From positions 11,842,001 to 11,906,000 of the forward strand of contig JAQFVV010000005.1 in NCBI GenBank assembly GCA_028023455.1: a stretch of DNA of 64,000 bases, written 5' to 3'. The DNA is from Epiperipatus broadwayi (lineage: Eukaryota; Animalia; Onychophora). Under the pieces are notes generated by a model. The model ran no database searches. It was not told the DNA's origin and saw only the letters and a list, made by a program, of their open reading frames with translations. The translations under genes and the position numbers were made by a program. This document shows, piece after piece, positions 13,001-25,877 of this stretch; positions within the stretch are counted from its first letter, which is position 1; every line of letters starts with the position of its first letter.

Positions 13001-13039
13001 CCTAAAATATTTGTCACAGAAATCTTATGAAAAACTCAA

Positions 13040-13700
13040 CAGTATCATAATCAATGAAATGTTTAGCTTCATGTCTTTTGACAACACATTTCTCTGTATC
13101 TTTATATTCACATAAACTACATTTCAACAAATCAGTCATGTGACAGTCCTGTATATACTTTTATCAAATTTCTCAGAATCTTTCACAGGAGTGCGTTTTA
13201 TATGGTTTGCTACCATAATTTTAAGAGCTGCTTTAAAATCACATAAGTTGCACTGAAAAGGCTTTTCTCCTGTGTGTTTTCTTCGATGTAGTTTTAAGTA
13301 ATTTTTGTGTGCAGTTTTGTAATTACATAAGTTGCAGTGATAAGGCTTTTCTCCTGTATGTATTCTTTCATGACATTTTAATTTTTTTTTCCCTCAAAAG
13401 ATTTGTAATCACAAAATGAACAATGGAAGGGTTTTTCTCCTGTATGTCTTATCATATGCACTTTAAAAGCATTCTTATAACCAGTTTTGTAATCACAAAA
13501 TGTGCAGTGGAATGTTTTTTCGCCTGTATGTTTTATCATATGTACTTTAAAGCAATGCTGGTAAGAGTTTTGTAATCACAAATACTGCAATGGAATAGCT
13601 TTTCCCCTGCATGTGCTTTTTCATAAAGATTTAAGGTTTGTGTAATAGCAGTCTCATAAGCACTACTGAAATTTTTTTTCCGTATATGTAATGTTTCATT
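13040..13700 (-). pseudogene. Tandem C2H2 zinc-finger array (about 6 fingers) with frameshifts
   Basis: Fingers such as FHCTFCDYKTGYKNAFKVHMIRHTGEKP, YHCNLCNYKTAHKNYLKLHRRKHTGEKP and LKCSLCEYKDTEKCVVKRHEAKH. Frame breaks near 13585, 13385 and 13195, plus in-frame stops near 13160. Confidence 0.75.
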
Positions 13701-14399
13701 CTAATGATGTAAAAGTAGCATTAAAGTTTATATATAATGAAATTTAAATATTGAAACGCTAGAATAAATTGTAGTGCTGAGATGGTATAAAATGATAAGT
13801 CCCACCAAAGAACTTACCATATAATTACTAAACTCAACAGTTTTTTAATTCTTTAATAAACTATAATTTCTCTTTTCAACATAGATTGATCACCATATTA
13901 TGAGTGACATTAAAACAAAACAAATAAGCCTTTTTATACTAGATTATTGATACTGAATTTTACAATAAATTAATTTTAATAATAATTACATCTAATAAAT
14001 AGTATCTAGCTCAAATACATTACTCATACTAATGTAACTTTTTTTTAAAAAAAAAAAAAAACAATCACAAAATTACTATTATTTTAAAGATAATATTGTG
14101 TAAATATTATCGGATCTCTTTTTTTGTTGAAACGTTCTTTTAAAATAAAATTTGCTTTATGATAGATAAATTCTCAATAATTGTAGTAATTTAAAATATT
14201 TTATGCAAGCAACTTAAAACCCCTAATTTCTATATGTTATAAATTTTCATGTAATACATTCTACTACAAAGGTTAATATGTTCTAATTCATTCACCAATA
14301 AAATAAAATTAATTTTTTGTTATAATTAATTTCATATTAAATTTTTTTTCCCAATATTTATGTTTTTCATAAAGTAATTTTATTCAATTTATATATTTT

Positions 14400-15265
14400 G
14401 AATATTTAAAGTTAGATTTAATTTTTTCTAATTTATAAGAACCTTATTAAAAATGATGTTTTCTGGTCTATTAGTTCATGTTCATGGTAATATTTCTTAA
14501 TATTTACCAAGAGTAATGTTTCGAATTATTAATTTTAGGTCATATATGCCAATAAAATTTTTGCTTTTGAATATACATCATTTGCAAAACTTTTAAAGAC
14601 CCCTAAAAACTAATCATGTTTATTGCTACAATACTAGAGATTTCACTGTCTGTTTAAAGCAGTGCAATTAACAATGCATTTTTTGCTCTATAATATTTAA
14701 TTCGATGGCAGATATATGGATTCAAAAACTTAAGGTTCTGAATCAATTTTTATCAGAGTAAAATAATAATAACAATAATAAAATTACTTTGGTCACTTTT
14801 TATATAACTGTTGATCTTAAGTTACTCTGTTAACTGTTGGAGGATTACATGATCTCCTTAGTCACTTTATTTTTGCAATAAATTCCTTATCAGAGTAGTG
14901 TCTTGATGGATTCATGAACTAAATGCTTCTGGATTTAATGACACTTTATTACTTTAATATTTAAATGTCACATGATTTCCAAGATATCTCACTTCTTTGA
15001 TGCACTTCTTTCATGTAATGGAAACTTTGATCAATAATAATTAAAAGTTTTTGAAGACAAGCTAGAAGAGCTAGAAATTATTAGCCATATATTCTGTAGA
15101 AATGAATTTAAGATGTGATTTCATAATATGGCCCATTTGATCAGCATATTCATCGTAGAACTTTAAAATGCCAAAAAAATACATCAAAGAGAACTGGAAT
15201 TTTTCATTCACATGTGAATCACTGCAATCTACATAAAAGAAAAAGTGAATTAATATGAGCATTGC
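14400..15265 (-). mobile_element. Decayed hAT transposase relic (ZMYM1/Tip100-like)
   Basis: Minus-strand translation CSDSHV...FFGILKFY...GHIMKSHLK... and FRTLSF*IHISAI resembles the hAT catalytic region CxxHxLNL...FFG.LQ.LY...RW. Many stops. Confidence 0.4.
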
Positions 15266-15699
15266 TAAAAATGATATGGATTCATTTCTAATAATTTTGT
15301 CACATGATAATGATTAAATTTAAATAATTAACTTGTCAAATAATAATAAATCTAATATATACAATAGGTCACAAAAATGTGAACTATAATAAATTTCTAA
15401 TCGATATGACTTTATTTATTCTTTTTACTTTAAAAAGAAATAAATAAGTTAGTTTATTTCACATTGGAGAAAAATTTCTATAATTCTTAATATTGTTGGG
15501 GTAGGGGGGCAGACCAAAAAGAAATGATATCTGCTTAACTTGTTATGTACATATGTAAAATGTACACATTAAACAAATTGCACCCAATTCAGAATTAAAC
15601 AATAAGTCAAAATTAAAAGCTAAAACCATGTTCACAAACAATAGTTTCACTATCAAGATAAACTTCTCAAGTGAAAAGTAATACCAACATAAACAAGTA

Positions 15700-17600
15700 T
15701 ATATTACTATACCATAATTCTATCTTCCAAATACTTTTAATATCACAAGCATTTAAATAAATTAATAGCTTCAAAATCATAACTTTTCAACAATGATAAT
15801 TGTTTGTTTCTTTATTTCATTATTTTCAAAGAGGACAATCTTAGCTTGCTCAAACATAATCTTATAGCCTAGACTTCTTTTATGGATATATAATGCAGAA
15901 CTAAGATATTTATTTCCTACTCTTTTATGAACTTTCATTAAGTTCAAATTATTTTCATCTATATATAATTTCTTACATAAACAAAAAATAATAATCCACT
16001 TTAGAAATGGCATTAATAATAGTACCAACAACTCTCCATACAGTAGTGCTACAAAGTGCAAGTCTTCATATTTAATGGATGCAGGAAGGTTTGCGCATAA
16101 AATTCCTATCTAGTGCTTATTCATCCAACATCCCCTGACTAGTGTCTAGCATGTGGTTTTAATCAGTGAGGAACCTTGGATTTGATAGCACTTCACTTAG
16201 ATCTTAGGATCTAATGTAACCCTCCAGCAGCCACCTTTTGCCTATTTGGTTAACTATAAAGTTAGGAGCTCAAGATAAAAACCATCTTAAGGTTTACAAT
16301 CCAAGCTCATTTATTTGTATAATCATATAGATCTGAACTCAGTTCGGCATCTTTGGTTTTTCAAAAACCAGTCACCATTATGCTATGGGCAGGATAGGTA
16401 TGAACCTCTCAAAACATCACAATATGTGTAAGCATATGAAATGGTGATCATGTGATGTTTAGAAATGGCACTCCTATCAACTTTTTTCTCTTTTGTATTA
16501 TTCTGAGCATAGGCAGATTTACTGCTAGGAAAAGGTTTTACTCTAAAAAAAATTTTTGTAAGACTTAAATCTTGATTTCAAATGTTATCACTTGTTAAAT
16601 ATATGTATAGATTAATTATTATTCATTCAAAAACTTAGGCAGGAAAAGAGCTTCATTTTTTATTTGATAAACTTTTCCTTTCCATTACATAATTTGTTAC
16701 CTAACATTGAACTTGGTAATTTGACCATTGCTTTAATTAGTCACCACACACACATAGTTCATATTATTTCTATTATTATATATATAGCTTAAACACAATT
16801 TGTTAAAATTTACTCACACATTTTTATATTGATTTAATTAAGTTTATTCTAATTTTTAAAACTGGCAGAAAGATATCATTTACTCATAATTTTCTATTTA
16901 ATCAGATAAAAAAAGGTCTTTCTTTAAGTTTCCTTTAGAAAACAGTTCAAAATATTTTAAATTATATTGGGGAATGTTGTTGAGACACAATCTATAATCA
17001 AGAATGAATAATAAAAACATAAGAAAGAACAATAAAACAATATTTTTTATGCATACTAGATAATTGATAAAGACAAAATTTCAGAAAGTAAATATTTGGG
17101 TTATGAAAAAAAAAGAAATCCCTTCAATTGTTTCGCCATGTAAATATGTACAATATATTTAGGAAAATGAATTAACAGAAAAAATAAATCCCTGCACATA
17201 ATGAATAGAATCCACAATGGGGAAAAAAAATAAAAGAAACTAATTTTATATTTAAAAGAGTTAAACAAGACTACATGTTGGTACTTTTTAATTTAGTATA
17301 AAAAGACAATTATGGATTCAGATAGGCAAGTTTTGATGTGTTTGTGTCAAAACGTCTGAAAAAAATGACATTTTCCTCGAAAGAGAATATAAACACAAAT
17401 GAATGTAGAAGATAATGTGGTTTGAATAATTGTACTGATTGTAGAATCGGTCATGAAAGAGCAACACAATAGATAACCTGAATGAGTTAACAAGAGAAGC
17501 AACAGTCAAGAAATTCTTGCTAATTGAAGTATCTTTAAATGTATAAAAAGTTCTCCCTTATGCAGACAGTATCTAAGTCTGTTATGCAACAAAGTCAAAA
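15700..17600 (-). mobile_element. Decayed Penelope-like element; GIY-YIG-like segment at ~15780-16000
   Basis: CLCKKLYIDE...VHKR...SALYIH...GYKIMFEQAKIVLFENNEIKK matches the PLE GIY-YIG pattern CxCxxxYIGET...EHKR...SALxxH...GHxxxFxxAKIL. Upstream limit approximate. Interrupted by the insertion at 16013-16457. Confidence 0.55.
16013..16457 (-). mobile_element. 441-bp hammerhead family, decayed monomer with short inverted end
   Basis: Colinear with 40369-40808, ending in inverted ATGGTGATCATGTGATG. 13-bp direct repeat TTTAGAAATGGCA at 16000-16012 and 16458-16470. HHR core at ~16131-16171 is mutated. Confidence 0.8.
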
Positions 17601-18944
17601 AAGAAAACTATCTTTTAAAGTTTTCATGTTAGTAATATATTTCAAATATTCATATTTTGAAAATAGTAAAGAAATATTTTATTTGAGTAGAACATAAGTT
17701 GTATATACAGTATATATACATAAGTTCTTTGCTGAAGGCAGATTGAATTACTTAGATAAGAAAATCCTACAATCAAGTAAAAACATCTGATTATAATCAA
17801 TGTTCATTTGTTATTGCTTGCTATCTCTTTAGTATAAATTACTTCAACATTTCCAACCTTGAAGTATGGTAAAAACAGATTAAATATTCAATCTTTCCAT
17901 GCTTAAATTCTCCTTGTCAGTAAATTGCTTCAAAACTTAAAGATATATAGTAAAAAGAATCAATAGAAACAATTAAATATGCTAGGTATATTAATATCAA
18001 AAACATGCAGAAAAACATTTTTATCAGCATTAACAATCAATACACTCTTTTAATCTAAAACTGAAGGTAACTGAAGATTTTATTCAAAGACAATAATATT
18101 CACTACAATAATTTTATATTTCAAAGGAAGATTAGAAAGCAATAACAGAGCAAGCATTTAATGCTCATTAATACAAAGTTACCCACAATTATTCAACTTG
18201 TAAGAACTCTGTGCATTTAACAAAGATATAGAAAGCTGATGTGAACTAAATTTTCTTGCATCGAACCTCAACCTATCACTTTTGGCACTTTCTATCAACT
18301 CCAGGGCAAAAAACATCAATTACAATATTTTGTCCACTGTTTACCCTAGTGGAAGTACTAGACTAAATATAGTTGGATCAATGTTATTTCTGATACTTAA
18401 ATGCCTTATGATTTCTTTGGAAGCTAACCTTTTGGTTATATTATACTGCATAGACTTAATGGTTTACGTATTACTCTGTGTTATAAGTGTTGCATTTTTT
18501 TTCTTTTCTTTTGATAATATTTTGTACTAAAGATACTGTCTAAAGGTGAGCTTGATTACTAATGAAGATTATGCAGAAATTAATTGAATACTGGTTTAGT
18601 ATAATAGTCAACATAATTAAAGTAAAATATTTTTAATACAGGCCTCTAGAAACAAACATTATAAAGCTGAAGAAAATTGTATAGTTCTGATTTTATAAAA
18701 ATTAAATGACTGTAACAAACATTAATTAAAAGACAATGGTAAAGTATGCAAAAAAAATAGCACTTGCTATATTGTTATGAATTATACTTTATAATTCAGA
18801 ACACATTAAATCAAAGTGATACCCATCTGCCTATAAAAAAAAATATTCATTTCGCATTCATCTGCAGAAAAATAATTATTCATCGATAGATATAGAAAGT
18901 TATCAGAATAAAGTAAAATAAACAATTCTCTTGAAAGATTGTAT

Positions 18945-21730
18945 TATTATCATCAATTTCAGCAATTAATGATCCACTGCAAGATGGACTATCCAAGTTT
19001 AGTCCAGTTATTCTGATCCTTGGTTTCTTTTTTACAGAACAGACTAGCAAACTTTCTTATTTCATCAATCTATCTCATATGTGATCTCTTTTTAGGTCTG
19101 TTATAATTTTTTGGGATACATGTTAAAACTATAACAGTTCATCTATTATCATCATCTAGCAACATGTCCAACCGAGTTTCATTTCAGATTCTTAATTATT
19201 TCAATGATATCACTGATACCTGCTTGTTTTATTACCCATGTAATTCCATTTCTTCTTGTTACTCATAATATACATTTCTCTATACTTCATTCAATGGTTT
19301 GAAGTATCTTTATTCTTCTTCTGTGAAGTGTCCAAGTCTCAAATCTGCAAATAAGAACCGAGAAGACATAATTATTAAACACTTTCCTTTCCAGACATTT
19401 AGGCATATTTCCTTTTAAAATTAAATTATTTCTACCAAAAGCATTCTTCCCAAATTTAATTCTATAATAAATTTCATTCATTATGCTTTCATCCATGTTA
19501 ATAATCTGGCTAAGATATTGGTAGTTGGTGACTTCTTCTAATCCATGTTTATCAATTTTTATTTTCTTATGAGAAAATCTATTGAACATTAATCTTTTTA
19601 TTATTCATTTTTAGTTCTATTTTCTTACTTTCATCAGATAATTCTTGCACTATTTTCTGAAACTCTGAAGCATTATTTGCAAAAACAATCATATCATCTA
19701 CATCTAATCAATTTTAATCCACAAAATATCTCTCAGTGTAAAAAGTTTTGGACATATTGAGTGACCATGACAAACACCTTTCTCAGTGCATGAAATATAA
19801 TCATTCATGTTACATTTTGATGAATATTCATCAGAATATGATAATATCCTAAATCTATATCTTGATGATCCAATGCTTTAATTACCATAAATATGCTTAT
19901 AGAATCAAATGCATTTTTCGTAAAATTCAAAGCATAATGACAACTCATAATGTAATTTTCTTTAACTTCTCTCAAAATTTGTTAATGATCCACTACGCTA
20001 AATACTTTTAAATCCAGCTTGTTCTTTAATTGGTTAGAATCCAAAGTTCACTGGAAATGTGTTGTAATTATCTTGATGAAGATTTTGTATAAAACTGATA
20101 GATAACTGATACTTCTGTAATTTCTAATATCTTCTGTATCATCTTTCTTAAATATCAATATTATTGTATTTTTCCAATCATGATATTATCTTTATCATTT
20201 AGACATCTGGTATATAACTTAGTCAACAATTTTTCTTTTCCCCTTCATCATAGATTTAATTGCATAAATTTCTTCATCTATAATGCTGAGAAATTAAGAA
20301 GATGTAATAACTGTAAGAGATACTTTATTTTTTATTATAAATAAAACATGGTGCTAGATAATTAATTAATTAATTATATATAATTCTTTATAGAAATGTT
20401 TCACACATTTCATATCATTTCCCTATTAATTCATAGTTCCATGTTCTTATTGCAGAAATAACTCTCCTTCCAATACCAATATGCTGTTTAACAATTTTCA
20501 GGCTTTTATTTTTTTCTATAACTTTTCTTGCCAATTCACAATTATATTTTATTTATCACTCTTTTACTTATCATTTTACTAAATGGTAGATAGTCAATTT
20601 TTCTTAATAAATCAATATTCTTGTCTCAGTAAAAAATTTACTAATAAATTGCAGCTTCTTTGTACGAGCTATCTTTTTTCCAATTCTTAACAGAATATCA
20701 GTTATCTTTTTATTGATTTCAGTCTAATCTGAATCATCTTCAAAATCTGTTAATATTTTAAAATGACTTGCAAGTTCTAATTTAAATTCAAAAGAATATC
20801 CTTAAGATTAAGAGTATCATCTGTTAATAATACTGATTTTGTTAATAGTTTTGTCTCTTTAGTTTTGGTTTAATTCAGCATTTTGGTTGAATCTATTAAG
20901 AATATTATAATCTTGAAATATCTACGTTCTATTGATAAAAATATAAACTAATTATGCTATACGTTCATTTGGATGCTTCAATGTCTATTTCTGTCTAGCA
21001 TTTTTTTCAAAAAAAGAATTCATAATGAAGTCCACAAATTTATGGCTTCTCTTATTTCTATCACAATAACCAAATTTACCCAGCACATTTTTATCTTTCA
21101 ATTGTTTACCAATTCCCACAATAAAGTCTCCCATGACAAAAATAAAATGTTTGAGCTAATCAAAAACATCTTGTATATTTATATAAAAATTCTCTACTTC
21201 ATCACAATAAGAACTTGTTGAATTATCTGCAATTAGTATCTTCTATTAAGTTCAAATAACTAATCTTGTCAATCTATTCAATATATAATCAATTTCCTCA
21301 ATGAATTCATTTTTTCACGTTTTATTTATAATGAATTGTATTCTACTTGAGCTTACAATATTTGAGTCTTTGTAGTAAAGTACATATCCACTTTTTAAAT
21401 CAAATATCTTTTCACCTTTTCTTCTAAGTTCACAAAATCTAACAATATCCCATTAAATATTAGACAATTTTTCCAATGTATGCAATCTTTAATCACTTGA
21501 AAATGATCTGTAGTTATAGGTATTAAAATAAAAGGTCATCATCAAATGGCAGCCTGGGTCTATTTCCAGGGAATTTTTAGCTTATCACTGCCTTGATAGG
21601 TGATTTTATAACCTCCTGCAATTAAGGGCTATAATTTAGTTTGGTCTATCATGATTTTAAATATCTATTTTAAAAAAAAAGTAAAGATTATTCATACATA
21701 TTGTACCATATCTTGACATTCACCTGCATT
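18945..21730 (-). mobile_element. Decayed near-full-length copy of the RTE family
   Basis: Colinear with 7050-10024, from GACCCAGGCTGCCATTTGATG (~21560) to the CTTGCAGTGGA...TGATGAT tail (~18950). ORF fragment ITNVDESIMNEIYYRIKFG-like at 19287-19589. Many stops and deletions. Confidence 0.9.
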
Positions 21731-21876
21731 TATAACAAATTTTCAAAAACTTTCATTTGTTATACAGTCATTGTTTAAAATATATATTGATTCAATTTAC
21801 AAGCATCAGAAGATAAATGATATCTAAATAATTTCATTATTAATAATTAATATTAAATTTTACGATAAGAAATTAT

Positions 21877-22135
21877 GTAAATAAGCATTTATTTTTATAT
21901 AGCACTCTGTTTACAATTGTATTACATTCAAATATCAGCCTTTCAAGCTAATTGTGCACGCACTTTGCGAGTGTTAAATAATAATAAATGAATACTTTCC
22001 TTTCCAATACAAGATATAGTATTTATGCAGGAATAAAATGAATCCACTTATTCCTACAACTCAGCTTATATATGAGCAAATCTCAAGTACTGGCAAAGTG
22101 CGTGCACAATTAGCTTGAAAGGCTGATATTTGAAT
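21877..22135 (-). mobile_element. Small TSD-flanked insertion with inverted duplication and tail (331-bp family)
   Basis: 44-bp inverted arms at 21925-21968 and 22093-22136. Tail contains GTGCTATATAAAAAT on the minus strand. 13-bp TSD GATAAGAAATTAT at 21864-21876 and 22136-22148. Confidence 0.65.
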
Positions 22136-23022
22136 GATAAGAAATTATATTTCTTTAACATAGACATATACTTTAGTTACATTAAAGATTAATTTCATTT
22201 ATTAATATTTAGTAATGTATTACCACTTCATAAACTATGAATTTATCTTTCCATTTTCTTATGCATCAATTTTTATATATTTTTCAAATAACATGACACA
22301 CATTGATGCTAATTCCATGAAATTTTGACTACAGGCAAAGGTAAAAATAAATGATACCCACAATGCATATCAACATGAACCATGCTTATCATTGGATCCA
22401 AGTCATTTCAATAATTCCATGTCTGTGAGAGTCATTTGTTTTTTCCCTTCACCTTGGCATAAAAAAAATAATGTAAATGAGTGTTATTTGAATAAATATA
22501 TACCAAATGCCATAAAAATATCTTCATAAATAAAATTTTTTAATTTTGTTTTTACATATATATTATAGTATTTACATGTATGATTATTTATAGCTTAAGC
22601 CCCAAACTAATTTAGTGATTTGCATATGGCTCTACCCACTAAGACCCAAAGACTATTAAGATTTATAATAGATGCACATATTCAAAATAGTCATGTGATG
22701 CTTTTTTTATGGAATATATAATTTAGAAACAGATGTTATTTAAAATTATTTCTTTTACTCATATATATATATGTTGCATATTCATACTGTTTTTCAGAGC
22801 TAGGTCTGATAATTTCAATGATCTACCATCTTTAGAGCAATTCCAATGATTCTTTATCATAATAAGTTCAATGATTCATCATCACTCTGAAAGCGCTTAG
22901 TCTGCAGAAATTATAATATAGAAAGCCTACAGAAATTATTATATAGAAAAGTTTCACCACAACGCATCAGCATATTATTAATTACAAGGTAACGGTGAAA
23001 TAAAATAGTTATAATAACAGTT

Positions 23023-24470
23023 GGTAATACATGGTCCGTTGATCCACACCCTCCGATGGCACTGTTTCTAGTGAAAAACAAATAGATATAACGTTACCAG
23101 GCTGTTTTTATTTTGTAATGTTTGGTCTTTTTTTTTTTAAAGAAACTTTTTTTTTTTGGTCATTTACCGAGTTTTTATTCATAAACAAATACCTAAAAAA
23201 TTAATTTATTTTTTAAAACATTTTGTATTTACATTTTTTGTTGTTGTTTTAAAAACAACCAAAAAGAACAAAAACAAAAGAATAAAAATATCATTTCACT
23301 GCATCTCTTCTAAAATGGCACAGAACACGTCGTTTTTTTTTCAGATGTCTCCACAGAAATTCTGCTATATAGTTGTCAAGATCTTCTCTTCATGTGCCTC
23401 GTGTTTGCTTGTTTCGCCACTTGAGAGAACCCCAAAGGCGTTCGATTGTCTGGGTATGCACACCAGTTTCAGGGTCCACAAAATTGTATTTGTGATTGAC
23501 TATCATGTGGTGATATCCGGAAGCCTCCAATTCAGAAGTTCTGTATCCTTTCCAACAATCAGAATAGATGCTGGAACCAGGCCTGATGTTCTCACGGATG
23601 GACTGCATAAGGATTTGACAGAATGGGAGGCTACAGCCTTTACAAAACAATCGTCTGTCTCACGATTGATACCCCCGAAAATTCATTGTTGCGGAGGGAT
23701 TTTGCCCTGGTGATTTTTGCGTCGACTGAACATGGTTTCATCGACTTCCACTGTCATACCGGGACCACCAATTTGGCGACAGGGATGAGAAACAAGGCTC
23801 TCTCGACAGAGCTCTCTAAGAGCTGTTGTCATATTCCTTACGGCATTTTCACATATTTCTAACTCAGCTACAACACGCTTTACTGTAAGCTCATCCTGGC
23901 TCCAGTAATAAATTAGACATACTGCTTTCAAAAAAGTGATCCACCGCATCTGCTTCTGTAGTAGGCAAATCTACAAATTTAAACGCCGAACGATCGTCTG
24001 CCATTTCACTGTTTTGATCTCGATAAAGTATCATAAAGTGCACGACTTTATCGTGAACTTTTCCAAATCGTGATTTACACTCATTTAGTGCATTTACACA
24101 CCTGAGAACGAAAGTAGGGGTGTTTGATAATTAGTTAGAATTTGTAATAACTCCCATAAATTACAATACATTTAACAACAACAACAAAAAAAACCGTTAT
24201 AATATAATTTTAGTCATTACAAATAAAGACACCTTCATATAATATGCTGTAGAATAGTCAAGACTAATGTTTATAGAGAAAGTCCCATACTCATAGCTAT
24301 TAATGTTCACATGCTAAAGATGTTGGGGAAGGGTGCACTTCAACATCTTGAGTGTTTGAACAGTTCATAGGCCGTAAGATATATGAACGGCCTTGTAAAC
24401 GGCATATTTCTGTACTTTAGCATAGAAACAGCGCCATCGGGTGGTGTGGATCAACAGACCATGTATTACC
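23023..24470 (-). mobile_element. Merlin (IS1595/ISXO2-like) DNA transposon
   Basis: ~48-bp imperfect TIRs starting GGTAATACATGGTC. Perfect 8-bp TSD TAACAGTT at 23015-23022 and 24471-24478. Confidence 0.93.
23330..24000 (-). pseudogene. Merlin DDE transposase, disrupted
   Basis: IGGPGMTVEVDETMFSRRKNHQG, then Q*IFGGI (TGG to TGA), a frameshift, and IRPGSSIYSDCWKGY, VNHKYNFVDPETGVHTQTIERLWGSLK. Confidence 0.9.
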
Positions 24471-25526
24471 TAACAGTTTAATGATTTATCTCTGTAACAG
24501 TACCAATGATTCATTATAATCATAAGACTTTCCTTGGGTTTGATAATACAGTATTGATTTTAATGCATCAACTATAAAATAATAATGTTAAAACATTTGT
24601 TATTTTCTATAATTTGTTGATAATAACAACAGAGCAGTCAGTTTCTATTGCTTAATATTGTCAAATAGTTATATTTTTTCCCATTTGAAAACCCAATATT
24701 ATGGCTATTGTTGCTAAACTTATAATTATAACAGAACTCAAAATCCCACACTGCTACATCTCTACTCCTTTCTTCAGAAAATCAACTAGTAAAGTTTGCT
24801 AACAAGCAAAAAATGAATACTAGCAGGTTCACTGTTTATGACATTCGAAAACATTTGCATATGTTTTCTTATATTGAGTTTATTTTTTAAGAATATCTTT
24901 GTTTAATATGTGTACATGCAATTGAGATCATATACATAAATCATTGTCAATAGATAATTTATGAATTTAAACAACTTTATACACTACCTGTAAGAGGAAT
25001 GAGTTATTATTTACCTTATCCAAATTTTGGATTAATATTCACTGAAAAACATTTGTTCAATAATACAAATAAATGCATACTTTCTTGATTTTAACTTATA
25101 TGAATGCAAGCTAATGTGCTGCTGCTGTCAAATAAACAAAGCTACACTATGAAATATTGTTTATATCAGGGATTCACAATGTAAGATACATATCAAAACA
25201 TTTAGATATATGTGAAAAAAAAAAAGAACAATGGCAGGAAAAGGACATACATCAATAATATATGACAAGATACAGGTCAACCTTATTAACTTGTCAACAC
25301 TCTCCAATTTCAAGACATTAATGTAATTGCTTTATTACTCTCAAATATCGAAAAATTATTCTTCAAATTTGAAATATTACGTTATATTAACTATCTCTAG
25401 TTTAAACTTAAAAGATGAACTATATTATATTATAAATTGGTCATAAAGTATAAAACCTTATTAACTTCTTACTTATAATGCACTTTACAAATACATTTTA
25501 AAAGAAATTTAACTCATTCTTTTTTC

Positions 25527-25877
25527 AAACCAGCAATCATCACATGATCACATCTCCAATACTAGCAATACAAAGCAAAGCAAAGCTCCATACAGTAGTG
25601 CCACCTGTGCCAAAACAGAGTAATCAATGGACACCAGAAGGCTTGTGCATTAGATAAAAGATGGTTGCTAGAGCGTTGCATTAGATCCTAAGATCTAGAT
25701 GCAGTGCTCTCAGATCCAAAGCTCCTCACTGACGAAGGCCACAAGCCAGAAACTAGTCTGGGGATATTGGATGAGTAGGCATTAGATAGGGATTTTATGC
25801 ACAAGCCTTCTGGCATCCATTGATTACTCTGTTTTGGCACAGGTGGCCCTACTTTATGGAGTTTTGCTTTGCTTTGT
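25527..25877 (+). mobile_element. 441-bp hammerhead family, inverted-end copy with the best-preserved HHR
   Basis: Inverted arms CAAAGCTCCATACAGTAGTGCCACC.../...GGAGTTTTG. 13-bp direct repeat TCATTCTTTTTTC at 25514-25526 and 25878-25890. Confidence 0.85.
25723..25764 (+). ncRNA. Type I hammerhead ribozyme motif
   Basis: TCCTCA-CTGACGA-A-GGC CACAA GCC-A-GAA-ACTAGT-C-TGGGGA. 6-bp stem I, complete core, palindromic ACUAGU stem III, GUC triplet (predicted cut after 25758). Stem II is closed by A-A rather than G-C. Confidence 0.75.
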
